Assembly (NCBI RefSeq): GCF_001194135.2
Contig: NC_068998.1
Location: 12,185,950 to 12,249,949, forward strand
Direction of reading: 5' to 3'
Origin: Octopus bimaculoides
Lineage: Eukaryota
Length of the DNA: 64,000 nt
Positions 38,582-53,000 of this stretch are shown piece by piece. Position numbers and translations under genes: made by a program. The notes under the pieces are model-generated. The model was not told the DNA's origin and did not search any database. It saw only the letters and a list, made by a program, of their open reading frames with translations. Positions within the stretch are counted from its first letter, which is position 1. Each line of letters begins with the position of its first letter.

Positions 38582-41500
38582 CATAATTCCTCATCTCTTA
38601 AATATAGAACTGTAAAGAAAAAATGTTTTTCTATCATTTATGTGNNNNNNNNNNNNNNNNNNNNNNNNNNNNNNNNNNNNNNNNNNNNNNNNNNNNNNNN
38701 NNNNNNNNNNNNNNNNNNNNNNNNNNNNNNNNNNNNNNNNNNNNNNNNNNNNNNNNNNNNNNNNNNNNNNNNNNNNNNNNNNNNNNNNNNNNNNNNNNNN
38801 NNNCACTCTTTTGGTCAGGAACGTGGACCGCTTTTAACGACTTGGGCAATTTGGGATATAGTCATAGGAATCGTTAATTGTACACGAAATATTTTAAATT
38901 TAGAAAACTGGATTATAGTCGCGTAAAAATTGACCAGCTTAAGGTTATGGACTGTATAAGATATATGATCTTGCAGAATGTATATTTTTGGTGACGAAGT
39001 ATTTTTCAGTTATTGATGCAAGTCTGTATTTACTCTTTGTGACTATAATTTTTTTAAAAATAAATTTTACAGATTTTTTTAGTGGAGATGAGAAATTAAT
39101 TAATTTTAAAAAATACATTTCGTTGTTATTTTAAGTAGACGTAAAATCAACGTGTACTGATGGTTAGATGTAAAACTGTACATCATGCACTAATATACAA
39201 GTCTAGCTTTCTTTTGTCTCCTGCAAAATGTTTCGTCCCTCCAAATCCCTCATTAGTCCTTCCAATAAACCAAATAAGCTAACAAATTCAAAAGATAGCG
39301 TGCTATAACTTCTTTTACAGGCATATTTGAATATATATTTGTAGTATATTGTCTTCTTTATTGATCACATAAAATTCAACCTATTCGATTAGTTGAAACC
39401 CATTGAGACCATAGGAATAAAAGCACTTTTAAACAGAGGTAACTTATTAAGGCTTCCATTCTACGCCGCGAACTTACTTCTAAATCGTAGTTATCTCCCC
39501 TTTTCATGGCACTGTCATGAACGAAAGAATTAACGACTTTGGCAACACAGCTGCGATTTGATGGATTCCTGCAGTCTACAGATATGGTTTGTAATATACA
39601 TCATGTATTTTAACCCACATTTTCACGTAGTTTATAATTAAACAGGAAAATACTAAATATTCTGCCTAATTTTTCTACATTTCCTGCCTTCCATTCAAAC
39701 TCATGATGTAAAGTATAACAAGCGGATTTTAGGCATATTGTTTCTTTTCTTCAACACTCCCTAAATCTTATTTTAGATTTTTATCTTATTTTCTGATTAT
39801 GTTTATGTCCGTGTATTGACACCGATCTATCGCCTCGCAACCACTGCATCTTCTGGTGGGAATTTTCCACTCTATAGAAATACCATTACTCCTTATTGAA
39901 TAATGCTTATATATATATATTACAAAAATTCTTTTATTAATCTAACACTCTAGGGATACTATCTTTTCTTTATCTTTAAATTTTTCTCCTTGGAGGTCGA
40001 AACGGCTACCGAAATTCTATCGATTGCTGTCTTGAGGTGCCGGAGGAGTTTTCAGAACAAGCTTTGTCTCACCTTAGAGGAGGCGGAGGAGGAGGAAGAA
40101 AGATGATGATATAAACAAAAGGTGATGGAATATTTATTCAAGTTTATTATTATTATTTGTTTAAATTTAATATTGACTTTTAATATTTTCCACTGAAACG
40201 GAACCACATGGAAAGAATTAGACATGACGCTTCTGTTTATCCCTGCCTCTTGTATCGTTCCATACATAGAATTAGTAACTGTTTTCATCGGTATGCTGGC
40301 ATATTGGCGATTTGTTGAAGAAGAAACGCCTCTCCTTACGTGTGATGTTGCCTACGTGCGTCATTTGCCACTAAACACATCGTTAATTCATAATCAGCAA
40401 TTCAACAGATAGCCTTTTTGTTTTGCTTTTTTGTTTTTTACTGAAGATGATCAGTCAGCATCATAGACTATTGCGATATTGTACTATTTACATTATTTAC
40501 AGATATTTGTGTGTGTATATCCATACGTATGAATGTATAGAAAAAATACTTGAACGTGTGAATCATGTTACACACATACACACACACAGATATGTGTTTC
40601 TTCATAGATGTGTTATGCCTGTCAGCCAAGGTTTGGTCATGGCTGTTTCGCTCTTGTCAGGTTCGAGTAATACTGTTGTGTATCTATTGAATATAAAAGG
40701 CAACAGTAGGAATGGTAGTAATACGTTAGAGAGATGAAGCAGTCAACCAGGTGAAAGAATGTGACAGCCACGCGTACCTGCCATGTTCAGCCAATGGAAC
40801 AGTCGACATCTAGAGAACTGCCGTACCAAAGAAACGAGAAACAATGTATGTGTGCGTGCGGGTGTTTGTGTATTTATATATGTACAGACATATGGTAGAA
40901 AATTGGTTCGTACATTATGCTAATTTAAATAAAAAATCTGTTGTATTTTAACGGAACCCTTGTATTTTTTACTCCAAATTTAATTCGTTCTGATATCTAA
41001 ACTTTGTATAAACCATATTCTGTATTTGTTTTTTGTTTTTTATCTTCCTTCACATCTCCATCAGTCTCGTCACACTCCACTTCACGTGTGCCCCAGTCTT
41101 CTTAGTTATCCTCTCAAATTATTCCCTCTTTTGGGTTACATTTGTTCGCATGGCTGTCAATATTGTTGACAAGATCGTTGCACAATAATTTTTGCGTGAG
41201 GTAAATGTTACTATAACTTAGAGATTTTCAGGGTCCGTTGCTAAAATAGATTTATTATAAACTGCTCCCTGTGTAAATGTTTTCTTCAGATGTCACATCA
41301 AAGGCATCCCTATCGGCGTAAAAGAACTATTTTCGTAATTAATAAACTCCTATATTTATAAGGAATTGTTCCCAGCACTTGTATTATATCCATGATGAAA
41401 GAATAAACATCTCTCACAAACAAATCTAATTTATACCAAGTTCCCATTTTACCCTTCCCTATGGATTTATCTATTATCTTTCATTTGTTTCAGTCATTGG

Positions 41501-41818
41501 ACTGCGGCTATGCTGGGGCAGTTTGGAAGGTTTAGACGAGCACATCGACCCCAGTACTAATTCTTAAATCTGGTACTTATTGTATTGTCTCTTTTGCCGA
41601 ACTGCTAAGTTACAGGGATATAAAGAAAACAAAATCGGTTGTCAAGCAGTGGTTGGATACAAACATACACATGTCCGTCACTAAAGGGGTGCACTGGACA
41701 GTACTTTCCCCTCACTGTTCAATGGTGTACCCTCAGATTTACAGTGATACACTTATTTCGAAACTTCACTTCAGCATTATTACAAATTACTGCCCACCAA
41801 AATCTGGCAACGGGCCTG

Positions 41819-41851
<33 letters not shown>

Positions 41852-42826
41852 GACAAGCTTTCATACCATTTCTATTGCCCAAAATTTAGTCACAAAGCAT
41901 TGGTTGGCCTGGAGTTATAACAAAAGACACTTGCCTGAGGTGCTGCGCAGTGGGACTGAACTTGGAACCATGTGGTTGAAAAGCAATCTTCTTAACCACA
42001 CAGCTATGTGTGTGTGGCTCTGGTTCTGAAACTGATAAATAGCAGTCTAGTCCCTGAAAAATAAAAAAGAATATAAAATTGCAGCCTTACTGCTTCATTA
42101 GGAAAACAAAACAGGCCTTTCTGCCAGTTGATTCTTTTTATTTATTCTGCCATAGTGCTCAATAAATTTGAAAAGCTAAACCCTTTAGTGTTTAAACTGG
42201 TCATATCTGGCCAAAATATTCTACCTTTTATCTTCAAACTGGTTCAATTATTGTTTTTCATAGCTACCTTACAGTCTCAGTTTTAAAATAATCAATCACA
42301 TCATTGAAATCTCAAAGACGTGAAATAATGCATGATTAATTTAAAATGTGAATAATAAGCTTTACATTTGACAGAATAATTTGAATGTTAATGGGTTAAA
42401 CCCATCTAATTTTATTAAACATGGCAATTTTTCTGCCCCATCTTCAGTTCTACGATGAGAAAGATATGGTGTTTAATTTTTTTTTTGTGCAGGGGTTCCT
42501 TGAGACATGTAATTTATTTTAAGGATTACGCAAGAGTAAAAAGGTTGAGAAACACTGGTGTAGAGTATAAAATGTGGGTAGTAATATAGTGTGAGTGTCT
42601 GAATATGTGGTATCAATTGCCTTATAATTTGAGGAGATATATATACATATATATATGTATGTGTGTGTCTTTTGTTTTCTTTCTCTTTGTTACCATGAGG
42701 AGGGACTCTATCTGATATGTTGGATGTCATTGAAAATTTGCCTTAATAAACTTTGTCTGTCTGATGCAGACATGGAAAAGTGGATGTTAAAAGCAATGAT
42801 GATGATAATATATGTATGTGTGTGTA

Positions 42827-42829
<3 letters not shown>

Positions 42830-42871
<42 letters not shown>

Positions 42872-43382
42872 NNNNNNNNNNNNNNNNNNNNNNNNNNNNN
42901 NNNNNNNNNNNNNNNNNNNNNNNNNNNNNNNNNNNNNNNNNNNNNNNNNNNNNNNNNNNNNNNNNNNNNNNNNNNNNNNNNNNNNNNNNNNNNNNNNNNN
43001 NNNNNNNNNNNNNNNNNNNNNNNNNNNNNNNNNNNNNNNNNNNNNNNNNNNNNNNNNNNNNNNNNNNNNNNNNNNNNNNNNNNNNNNNNNNNNNNNNNNN
43101 NNNNNNNNNNNNNNNNNNNNNNNNNNNNNNNNNNNNNNNNNNNNNNNNNNNNNNNNNNNNNNNNNNNNNNNNNNNNNNNNNNNNNNNNNNNNNNNNNNNN
43201 NNNNNNNNNNNNNNNNNNNNNNNNNNNNNNNNNNNNNNNNNNNNNNNNNNNNNNNNNNNNNNNNNNNNNNNNNNNNNNNNTGGTGTCTTTTATGTGCCAC
43301 CCGCACAAGAGCCAGTGGCACATAAAAGACACCATTTTGAGTGTGGCCGTTTTCGTGATATATATATATATATATATATATA
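42830..43382. repeat. (TA)n microsatellites flanking a 409-nt assembly gap (42872-43280)
   Basis: Direct observation. Other (TA)n tracts at ~1090, 8598, 13690, 28110, 43520 and 50000; other gaps at 5744-5800, 8581-8597, 13680-13689 and 38645-38803. Confidence 0.95.
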
Positions 43383-43515
43383 AGGTTAAGGAGGGTATTG
43401 GATTTAACCAAACGCAAAGATACAGGTAATACCGAGTAAGTGCTGTATACCGGCTAGTTATCCATAAAATATATTTCTAACTTTACCATTGTTCTCTTTA
43501 TCCTTTTCTCTATTT

Positions 43516-43553
<38 letters not shown>

Positions 43554-44563
43554 GTATATGTCAGCTGTATCGTTTGAAGTATCAGTTACATTGTATGCAT
43601 GTATGTGTATATCTAGCATTGGCTATACTAGGTACATGCATACACTAGTAGACACAGCATGGCTGAGTAGTTAAGAAGTTTGTTTTGCAATCATGAAACT
43701 CTGGTTTCAATCCTATTACAGGGCATCCTGAGCAAGTGTCTTTTACCATAGTCATGAGTTGGCTATGTTAAAATGTGACTGAAATTGTGTCGACAGAGAC
43801 TGTGTGAAAGCTATTTGTATGGATAGTACATTCAGTTCAAAGATTCAGCTTTGTCTCACAAGCTGCATTATGCTGGTTCTGACTGGGGGTTACAAAAAAT
43901 TGCAAGTACTTGTGGAATACTCAGTCCCTTAATATGCTAATTCATTAGGCTGGTAATTCAGCTGATTGAACAACTGAATATTCATTGTTGAAACTGGTGG
44001 AAATTGATTTTACCTTATTTAGTATTGGCCATGTGAAGTAAAATAGGAGGAATATGGCCTAGTGGTTAGGGTGTTGCGTTCATGATTATGTGATTGTAGT
44101 TTCGATTCTTGGACTAGGTAGTGGTTGGGAAGCAAGCTTCTTACCACACAGCCACATATACTAATCAAAAGTACAACCCACTTAGCAGAGAGTTGACATG
44201 ATTTAAGAACTTGTTTTGTCTTTTCAATCTTTTACAGTTGATCAAGAAATAAAGCAGCAGTTGTAACCAACCAACTTTCCTGAGGAGTTTGACTGGAAAA
44301 AAACAAACACAAAACAGTGTTATTACTGCAGCAACCACACAGTGTGGTCAGATCACAAACTAAGGCAGCAACTAATTTATTAATGTACGTACATTATCTT
44401 TCAAATTACAGTTGTTTTTATCCCATCTCTATATGTTATAGCTTCAAACCAGTGTGTATTATATCTGATAAGCTCTATGTTTAGTTGTTGTCGTTTATGT
44501 TTAGCTTGAGTTCTGAATTTTTTGTTTAATATTTATTTTTTTTTATTCTTTACAGTTTGTAAA

Positions 44564-46181
44564 ATGTTAGAACCTGTTCACAGCATGAGAGGGAAGCTGC
44601 CATCACTTCACCGGATTGGTAAAACAAAATGCATTGATGAGGATGAACCGCCACCAATCCATGATCTCAGTTTTGATCCGGTTCCATTTGCACTTCTTGA
44701 AGACAATCGCTTTGATGTCAGTGATGCAGAAGAAACACTTCGAGCTCTACGGAGAGCGTTCTGTATAGTTTGTCCTGGAAGACATGCTTGCAAACGATCA
44801 TTTGATCATTCTGGCTTGAACATCACACATTGTCGTGATGGCGTTGGGCTGGGGAAATATTATCTTCAGCTCCAAAAGATTATGGAGAAGAGGGCTTGGC
44901 TAGAATTTACTCATGATTGGATGTACCGAGTGAAATCCACTTTGCTTTTCATACAAGAACTTGAATCCATGGTCTATACTGAATACTGCACACTGTATGA
45001 TATTATGCACAATAACCAATTACCACAGGACATTGAGAGCAAACTTTGTGGTTTGAATTCGATATGTGAAGATTTGCGAGTGCACAGCAACCACTGGAAC
45101 AGTATCCAACAGAGAATCCGAACACAGCAATGGATGCAGCCATTACTAAGTAGCGTTTACTCAGAGTTGAAAATGTTAAAAAAAGTATTTTTTCAGCTAC
45201 AGGATGCCACAATATGGTGGATTCACAAATTAATTGAAATTGGTCTTGTAGTATTTTCTCACTCTCAGATGAGTCATGTTTCAAATGAAGTATTTTGGAG
45301 TGTTGCTCGCGGTCTGGAAGACTTCAATTCTATTGTCACAAGTGCCAAACTGAATGCCTTTCACGACAATGAAAGTATAATATTCAAGGACCCTAATTTA
45401 ATGGCTATGTGGAACAGTATTATGATAAATTCTAAATTTCACAATTTATCTTCCCTCATTACTATATCACCCATTTCTTTGAATCACATTTTGAATTGTT
45501 TCGCAAACCAAAGGTCGCGCTATGCCACTTTTGACACACATCGATTTCTAACGAAAAGCGATGAATTCATCGACAACTTAGATACAGGCACACTTCCAGG
45601 GTTTGTCTGGAATGATTTGTCTGCCAATATCATGAGTGCAGTGTCATCTGAGTCCTTTGAACATCAAATTGGTAATGGCAGTGCAAGTTTGAGCACTGTC
45701 ATATTAAATGTGAACTCCTTAAAAGCTCCTGATCTTTCTGTTTTAATGTCCCCACTGACTGACTTCGTCAGAAGGGAACAAGATTTTGCTGAAAAATTTC
45801 TAAGTGTCATATGCAATTCAACAAATTTTTTACGTTATGATAATACAAATAATTCTTCAACAAAGGACAACAAAGGTGTCACTACAAACCGGTTGACAGC
45901 TCGCAGATTTTCTGGTACGCCGGTTCTCTCCAGAACAGATTCACGTCGTAAAACTGTTTCCTGGGGCGACACTGCAAATTCTTCTATCAAATCTCAATTA
46001 GTTGCTACTTATTTGGAGAATATATGGCAGAACTTTGGTAAAAATTTTGAACACCTTATATACGAACCAGCCTGGAATGGTGAGAGAAGTTTAATGAGGA
46101 CAGATGTCGGTTCCTTATTTCTGGTTAACGACACATTAGTATTAATGTTATGTCGAATGATTTATCATGGCATCGTTAAAG
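44564..46181 (+). CDS. CCDC142: CCDC142 first coding exon (1618 nt)
   Basis: Acceptor tttacag| at 44555, ATG at 44564, donor G|gtaagt at 46182. This is the core of the 603-aa ORF. Confidence 0.88.
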
Positions 46182-49100
46182 GTAAGTTCTGTCTTGAAGT
46201 ACAACTTTGCTACTATTCCTACTTAAAAGATGCTTGTCTGTGTGAGCGACCAGAAACTTGCTTAGGGGTGAGCAGGCAGCAGGGGAAACCTTCAGAGGAA
46301 GAACTGTCAAGTAAATGTTTTGGCCTGTTCTAAGGGAACTGGGCCTACCTAGGTAGTGACTCCCAGATGTTCCCCTGCTGGTATTTAATCCTTTAGCATT
46401 CAGATTTCTTTGTATTGTTTATTTATTCACATTGTTTTTAATTAATCACGCATTATCTTGTAGTTACAAGGATTCAATGGTGTGTCTGCATATTTTTAAA
46501 ATGACTTTGTAGGATAGGTGTGAGAGGTTGGATCTGATTGGCTTTAACATAAAACAGGTAGAATATTTAGGCCAAATATGGCTGGATTAAATGCTGAAGG
46601 GTTAAATACCACCTTCAGTGGGGGTTGAACTCGAAACCTTTGATGAGCTTATTGCTCAGCCATGCAGAACTGCATGAACTTGCATTGTCTCAAACTGGGT
46701 TTTCTTCCTCCTATGTTTAGTGGCTTGCTGTATACCTTTCAGTTCCATCTGTGTGTATTTATGTATGTGTGTGTTTGTGTGTGTGAATCAGTGTGTGTAC
46801 ACATAAATGTATATATGTGCATGTCTGAGTCTCTATCTTCTTGTCTATACACCCATGTGTATTCATCAATGTGCCTGTGTTCGTGTATGTTAATGTGTTT
46901 CTGTGTGTATATCTATCTATCTCTTCAGATGTATTGTGTCTGTGTAAGTGTGTATGGCTTTTATATTCTTGTTTCAGTCATTAGACTGCAGTCATATATT
47001 TGAGTAGAAAGGATTATTATTATTATTGAATGTCAGAAAAGTTATAGAAATGGTTAAATATTGAACTAAATACTTTGTGCATTTTGGATATATCTGTTTA
47101 CATTTTGAGTTTGAGATCCTGCTGGAGTCAAGTTTGCCATTTTTCAGCCTTTGTGGATTGGTGAATTAAGTATCAGTTGGATATTGGAGTCAATACAATT
47201 GAGCACACTCTTCCTCTCTTCAGAATTTGTGGTTTTATACCTATATTAGAAATCATATTTGACAGACCTAAGACTGTGAACTGGTCAGTTTGTTAGCATA
47301 TCAGACAAAATGTTTAGTGGCATTTCTTCTGACTCTTTACATTCTGAGTTCAAATTCCACTGAGGTCACTTTTTTCTACGCAAAGGAGTTTTTTTTAACC
47401 TAATATTTCATCATCAACATTTAATGTATGTTTTCCATGCTGGCATGGGTTGGATGGCTTGATGGGAACCGGCAAGGCCAGGGGTCACATCAGGTTCCAT
47501 AGTCTGTTTTGGCTTGGTTTCTGTGGCTGGATGCCCTTCCTAATACCAACCACTTTAAGACTGTAGTGGATGCCTTTTATGTGGTACCAGCACCAGTGCT
47601 TTTTACCTGGTACCAGCACCCCAACTAATGCTTTTTATGTGGTACCTGGGTTTTAGGATCTCAATAGTTACACACCATTATATATAGCTTTATCTACTTC
47701 AAGTTCCACTTTTAAAATCATTTTATTTCACACATTTTCTTGAAGTTTCTAAATTCATATGACATCATAATTTCTAACATCATTATTGTTTCTGTATGTT
47801 ATATCCCTAATAAATGTTATATCTTCTCATTAAGTTAGGCCTCATGTTAGAAATAATTAAAATCTTATTTGCTGTATCCTAGATCTTTTCCCATCTGGCT
47901 CAGTTATACCACTGCAAATATTGGCACAGAAAATTCACACAATTGCTGCAATTGGATGCTGGGATAACTGTAAGTAAATAAGCTGGATTTTTTATTGTTG
48001 CTTTTGTTTTTCCCTAATTTAAAATGATCTATGCTGAACTTAGACTTCAACTTTCCATAAAAGCTTTATTAAGTATTTAAAGATCTTGGGTTTTTATTGA
48101 TTTCAATTATTATCTTATAAGATGTTCAGTCATACAGACACCATGGAAAATGTATTCATAAAGTATGTCTGAGATATACTTAGCACATCTGTGGGGAATA
48201 ACATTGCAGCAGTTGAATTTAAACTCTTCTATGATTCCTTCATTATACTCTACTTGGACTGCTTAACAATGGAATACTGTACATGTTCATGGTACTTGTT
48301 TGTAGTTGGTTCAACTAACCCATTCAATGTAAATGTCCTTGATGAGAATAAAGTGTAACTTTAACCCTTTTGATACCAACCCAGCTGAAATCGGCTCTGG
48401 CTCTGTAATACAAATGTTTTGTTTTCATAAGTTTTGAATTAAAATCTTCCACCAAACCTTAGTCACAATTTATGTTCCTAACACTAGCTTAATGATAACT
48501 AAGTTATTTTACTAAATTCTTTGTTATATTTAAAATAATTGAAAGAAACACAGAGCATCTCAAAATAAATACGGTAATGAAAGGGTTAATGTTGATACAT
48601 TGGCTGTGAGCCCTTCTTGTGGTTGGTTGGTTGGTTGGTTCTCTGTCAACTCCTTCAGTTGTGACTTCAATACTAAAAATATGAGAGCCTTTATGTGGCG
48701 ACTCAACCGTCTGGGAATAGCAACTAATTCTCCCTCAAGCCACACCTTACTGCCTTAAAAAAAGGGTAAGTTTATACTGAATATTGTAGTTGTAGATATT
48801 CCTTAATCAGATGAAATGGTCATGGCTGGAATGCCTCTGATCATAGGTCTTCTCAATCAAGGTTAATCTGGGGCTAAATAGTAACAAGCATTCTTTTTAA
48901 GACAATACTTAAGTATTTGAGTATAAATACCTGTTTTTATGGCAGAAGTAAATGTCTAAATTTGTAGAACTATCTCACCCATATCAGCATAAAGAAATTG
49001 ATGTGAAAACTGTTTATTTATAATTGCTGAAATTATATATGTTATGGGGGTCATAGATAGTCATGTCTTACTTGTCTAACTAACTATACTGTATACCGGT

Positions 49101-49990
49101 ATAGATGTTATAACAGTCCGATGTTGGATTACAACAATATATTATCTTTTTGTCCTTTTAAAGGTGTTTGTAAAGTTGAAGGTTTAAGGACAGTGGATAA
49201 ATGTTATCCCTGTCCGTTAGGTAATGGAGACTACAGCACAAAAACTGGATTACTCTTGAAAGACACATATCAACCATTATTATCTTCACTGGAAAATTGT
49301 ATTCAAAGTTTAAACTCAACAGGTAAGTGTTTGGAATTATTAATTAGAATTACATTTCAGGTTGTTTCAGAGAGCGTAAAGGGATGGTCTAATAGACTAC
49401 AGGGCAAATGGACAAATGGTTGGTGCTTTGTGTCTTGTCACTGTTTAATATCTGTGATCATGACACTCACTTCTCAATAATTGTATCCAGCCATCTAGCT
49501 CTTTGAAGGTATTACTATTAGAAGCAGTGGCAGTATTGGAATTGACAAGTATTAGTTCGTCTTTTTCATTGTTGGTCAACAGTTTGGCAGAGACGGTAAC
49601 TTAACTATCTCCACTGTGCCTGGGTTGTTTCTAGAAGTAAGTACCTAACCTTAAATACACGTACCACTTCTCCACTCATGAATATGCCATGAAGGAAAGA
49701 CAAGTCAATACATTTGCAGCATCCATGGAGCCACAGAGAGTACCAGATATCATTTGAGCATAACTGTATATATCTGGATTTTCTGTAGGATTTTACTCCC
49801 CTAACCTTTTTTAGATACTCTGTAAGTTACCCCACAGGGCAGCAAGGGTTTATTGTTATAGTGGGCATAGTTTGTGCTGAGCCAGTCCCACACTGTCATC
49901 CTACTCTCTCTACTGGATGCAGTTTAAAGTCATACTCAAGGCAATTTACAAGTATATATACCTGTGTGTGTGTGTATATATGTGTGTGTG

Positions 49991-50041
<51 letters not shown>

Positions 50042-53000
50042 AATGCTACCTTCATAAAATTGAGTACATTTTAATTTTCCTTTTATATGAATGCATTTAC
50101 ATGTTTTGGTTTTTGAAAAACCGTATCAAAAATATGTACTAAAATGGAATATGTAGAGAGAAAAGAGCTATTAATATAATTAAATTTAAATTAAAATTAA
50201 CATTCATAGTTTTATGATTTAAAAAAAAAAGATTAACTTTCATGTAAAATTTTTCATAGCCAAGGCACTTAACTGTCAGGCATTCAGGTTAAACTTGCTG
50301 CAGAAATAGACCCTATTGAAGTACTGCTTATCACTGCAAATATTCAAAGTATTGCATATTTGCTGGATGTTTTTTTTTTCATTAGTTGTTACTGGTAAAT
50401 TCAAATATTCTTGTATGTAAACTGTGGTATCCATTCGGGATTAGAAATATCTCTTCATCACATAACATTTTTTTACTACCTGTGGGAAATAGATACGTAT
50501 AAATTTAACTTAAATTTGCAATGATGGAAAACATAAAATAGTTGGTGAGAAGAAGGGAAACTCTAAATGAAATACCAAGCTTTCTCTTTCTCAATACTCT
50601 TCTTAACAAAACTGATGCAATGTAATTTCATCATAGGTCCATACATTTTGATTGATTAAATATTTGGACCATTGAATTACAAGTTCATGATTTCAAATCC
50701 TGTTAGAGGCATTGTATGATAACTGTTGACAAGATACATTGCTATAGCTAACCAGAAAGTAATAGATAATGTGCAAATATCCTCAATAAATCTTTGGTGT
50801 GGAGAGAAAGTATTTCGTTCTTAAAGAGATCTTGTATAATAACATTCTTGTTAAATAAATATTGTGACGGATTTTGATGAGGTGTTATTTAGTTAGGAAA
50901 TATGTTGAAGAATTGTTTGTTTTCTTGATGTTATTTAATTCTTTTCTGGGGGATAATAATTAAAAAGGAACTTTTTTTTTTGTTGAAGGGCCTGAGTCAA
51001 CTTTACAGAAGTCTGTAACGGACCCAACTCAAATATTGTCCCTTTTCACACGCCTTCAGACCACAGCATGCATCGCATTATCATGGTGCTATTCCAAGAC
51101 CCATGAGTTCCTTGCTAGTTGGTCGATTGGTTCGTTCATTCTTGTCACACAGACAGACTTAAAGGTAAGCTTTAATATGATAATCTAAAACAACAACAAA
51201 AAAATTGTAACGAATTTCCAGCTCGTTTCATTGCATCTCTGAGCTGGATGCTTTTCCTGTTCATTTAGCTTAGCTGTCAAAACTTTTGGGGAAGTTACCT
51301 ATGATTGTCTTATGCATTATGAGATGCACAGTTAATCTACTTCAATGCTTGTATGATATTTTCATCACTAGTTTTTTGATTTTGTTTAATTCTATTTCAT
51401 AGATACTGTCTGATGAAACAAAGCGTGCTGTATGTATAGCCCAGACGTTATGCACAAACCTATCGTTGTATAACTCATTGCACAATGCCTATATACACTC
51501 TGCTCTCACTGAGGTCTATCATGAATTAGAAGATATCAATTCCCAACTCCAGGTAAATATATGACACTATCGATACATTGTTAACACACATGATTGTTTA
51601 TATATATTTTAGACACTAAAATTATTTTAAAGTATATATTTACTCCACCTTTTATTTTGACCTGATGATAAATAAAATTTAAATATTCTGTCTGCTTCAA
51701 TATTAAGATATTTTTGAGTACTTCTGCATTTATGTGTACCTTCAGTTATTTGTGTGTATATAAAGGTTCGACCCCTTTGCACACTGCCTCATGAAGGTCA
51801 CTGCTAGCTCTCACTGTGCATACAACCATGTGCTGCTATCTGTTGGTGTGCTACAGTACTAGTCCTGGAACTTTTTTTGATACCACTTCGTCTATCTATC
51901 TATCTATCTATCTGTCTATACACACACACACATTATTGATGTTTATCAGTGAAGGATGTAAACATTGGAAGAAAAATTAATAAACCAGTGCTACAGAACA
52001 AAAATACCCTGTAGTATTTGTTCTGTCTTATTGTACAGACACTCTTTTGATTCTCATCTTTGTCATTGCAGTGAACCAGTTCTAGGTTTGTTGAAAACCC
52101 TGTTAACCGACAATGGTTTAAATATGTGATATAAAAAAATAAGCATGTCATTTATGAGGTCTTTTAGTAAAATCTATTTTTTAAAAATTTCTTTTCAGTC
52201 CTTATCTGGTTCAGTAATGAAACTGTTTTCTGAAAATTGTGGGAAAATATCGAAGCAGTTTTTCCAGAACAATATGCCTGGAGGCAAGATTTGGAGGAGT
52301 AAAAGTGTGGGTAGGTTTAATGGTAAATTGAAAATTTACACTGTTTTTTAATTGTTTTTTGTAAGTTACAGAAATGGTAATAAAGTATTTCAAATCATCT
52401 CTATACATTTCTGAGTTCAAATCCTCCTAGGATTGTCTTAGCTTTGAAGTCCTGCATAATAATCATCATCATCATATCATTTTTCACCATGCTATAATGT
52501 GTTTGACATGTTTTACAGGCTTTCACCACTCATCTTTGTCTTTAGTCATTAAGCATATACAAAAACAGAGATAGTTGACTAACTTTGTGTGTTTTTAGAG
52601 CTGTTTTTTACTTCTATTTCTAGCAATGCTGCTATTATCCTTGTACTCTTTATTATATATATATATATATATATATATAATCAGTTTTGTACAGCAGTTG
52701 ATTTTCTGAACTTAGAAATTTGTTGTATCAATGCTAGAAATCATTATTTAACAGTAATTATTTGTGTCCTTATTTAGTTTCATGTATTGAATTTATTTAG
52801 ACTTCTGTAGCCTGTTTGGAATTTCACCATGTTTATTTCTTCCTCATATCATCTCATCCAGTCCTGTCTGGAATCATGTTGTGTTAGACGACTCCATTCT
52901 TTATCTTTTGCCTTCACCACCACCATTATCATTGTTGCTGCTGTTGTACAGCTTTCTGTCTGTTGCTTCCCTAGCATTTGCGTTGGACACTATTGAAATC

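Noticed and set aside
42655-43429. Long ORFs (181-242 aa) on both strands
   Set aside because: They consist of (TA)n-derived IY repeats plus translation through the N gap. The same applies to ORFs at 38591-38926, 5639-5935 and 8458-8682.
46182-46333. C-terminal 50 aa of the 603-aa ORF
   Set aside because: Intron read-through past the G|gtaagt donor at 46182; the spliced path continues in frame to homologous exons.
46662-47003. 113-aa Cys/Val/Tyr-rich ORF
   Set aside because: Product of degenerate (TG)n/(TA)n sequence; other CVCV-type ORFs (40423, 49861) are the same.
51757-51878. TATA, a tRNA T-arm-like hairpin/B-box (AAAGG TTCGACC CCTTT) and a T7 run as a Pol III gene
   Set aside because: No A-box or cloverleaf, and the TATA abuts the B-box, which is inconsistent with Pol III promoter geometry.
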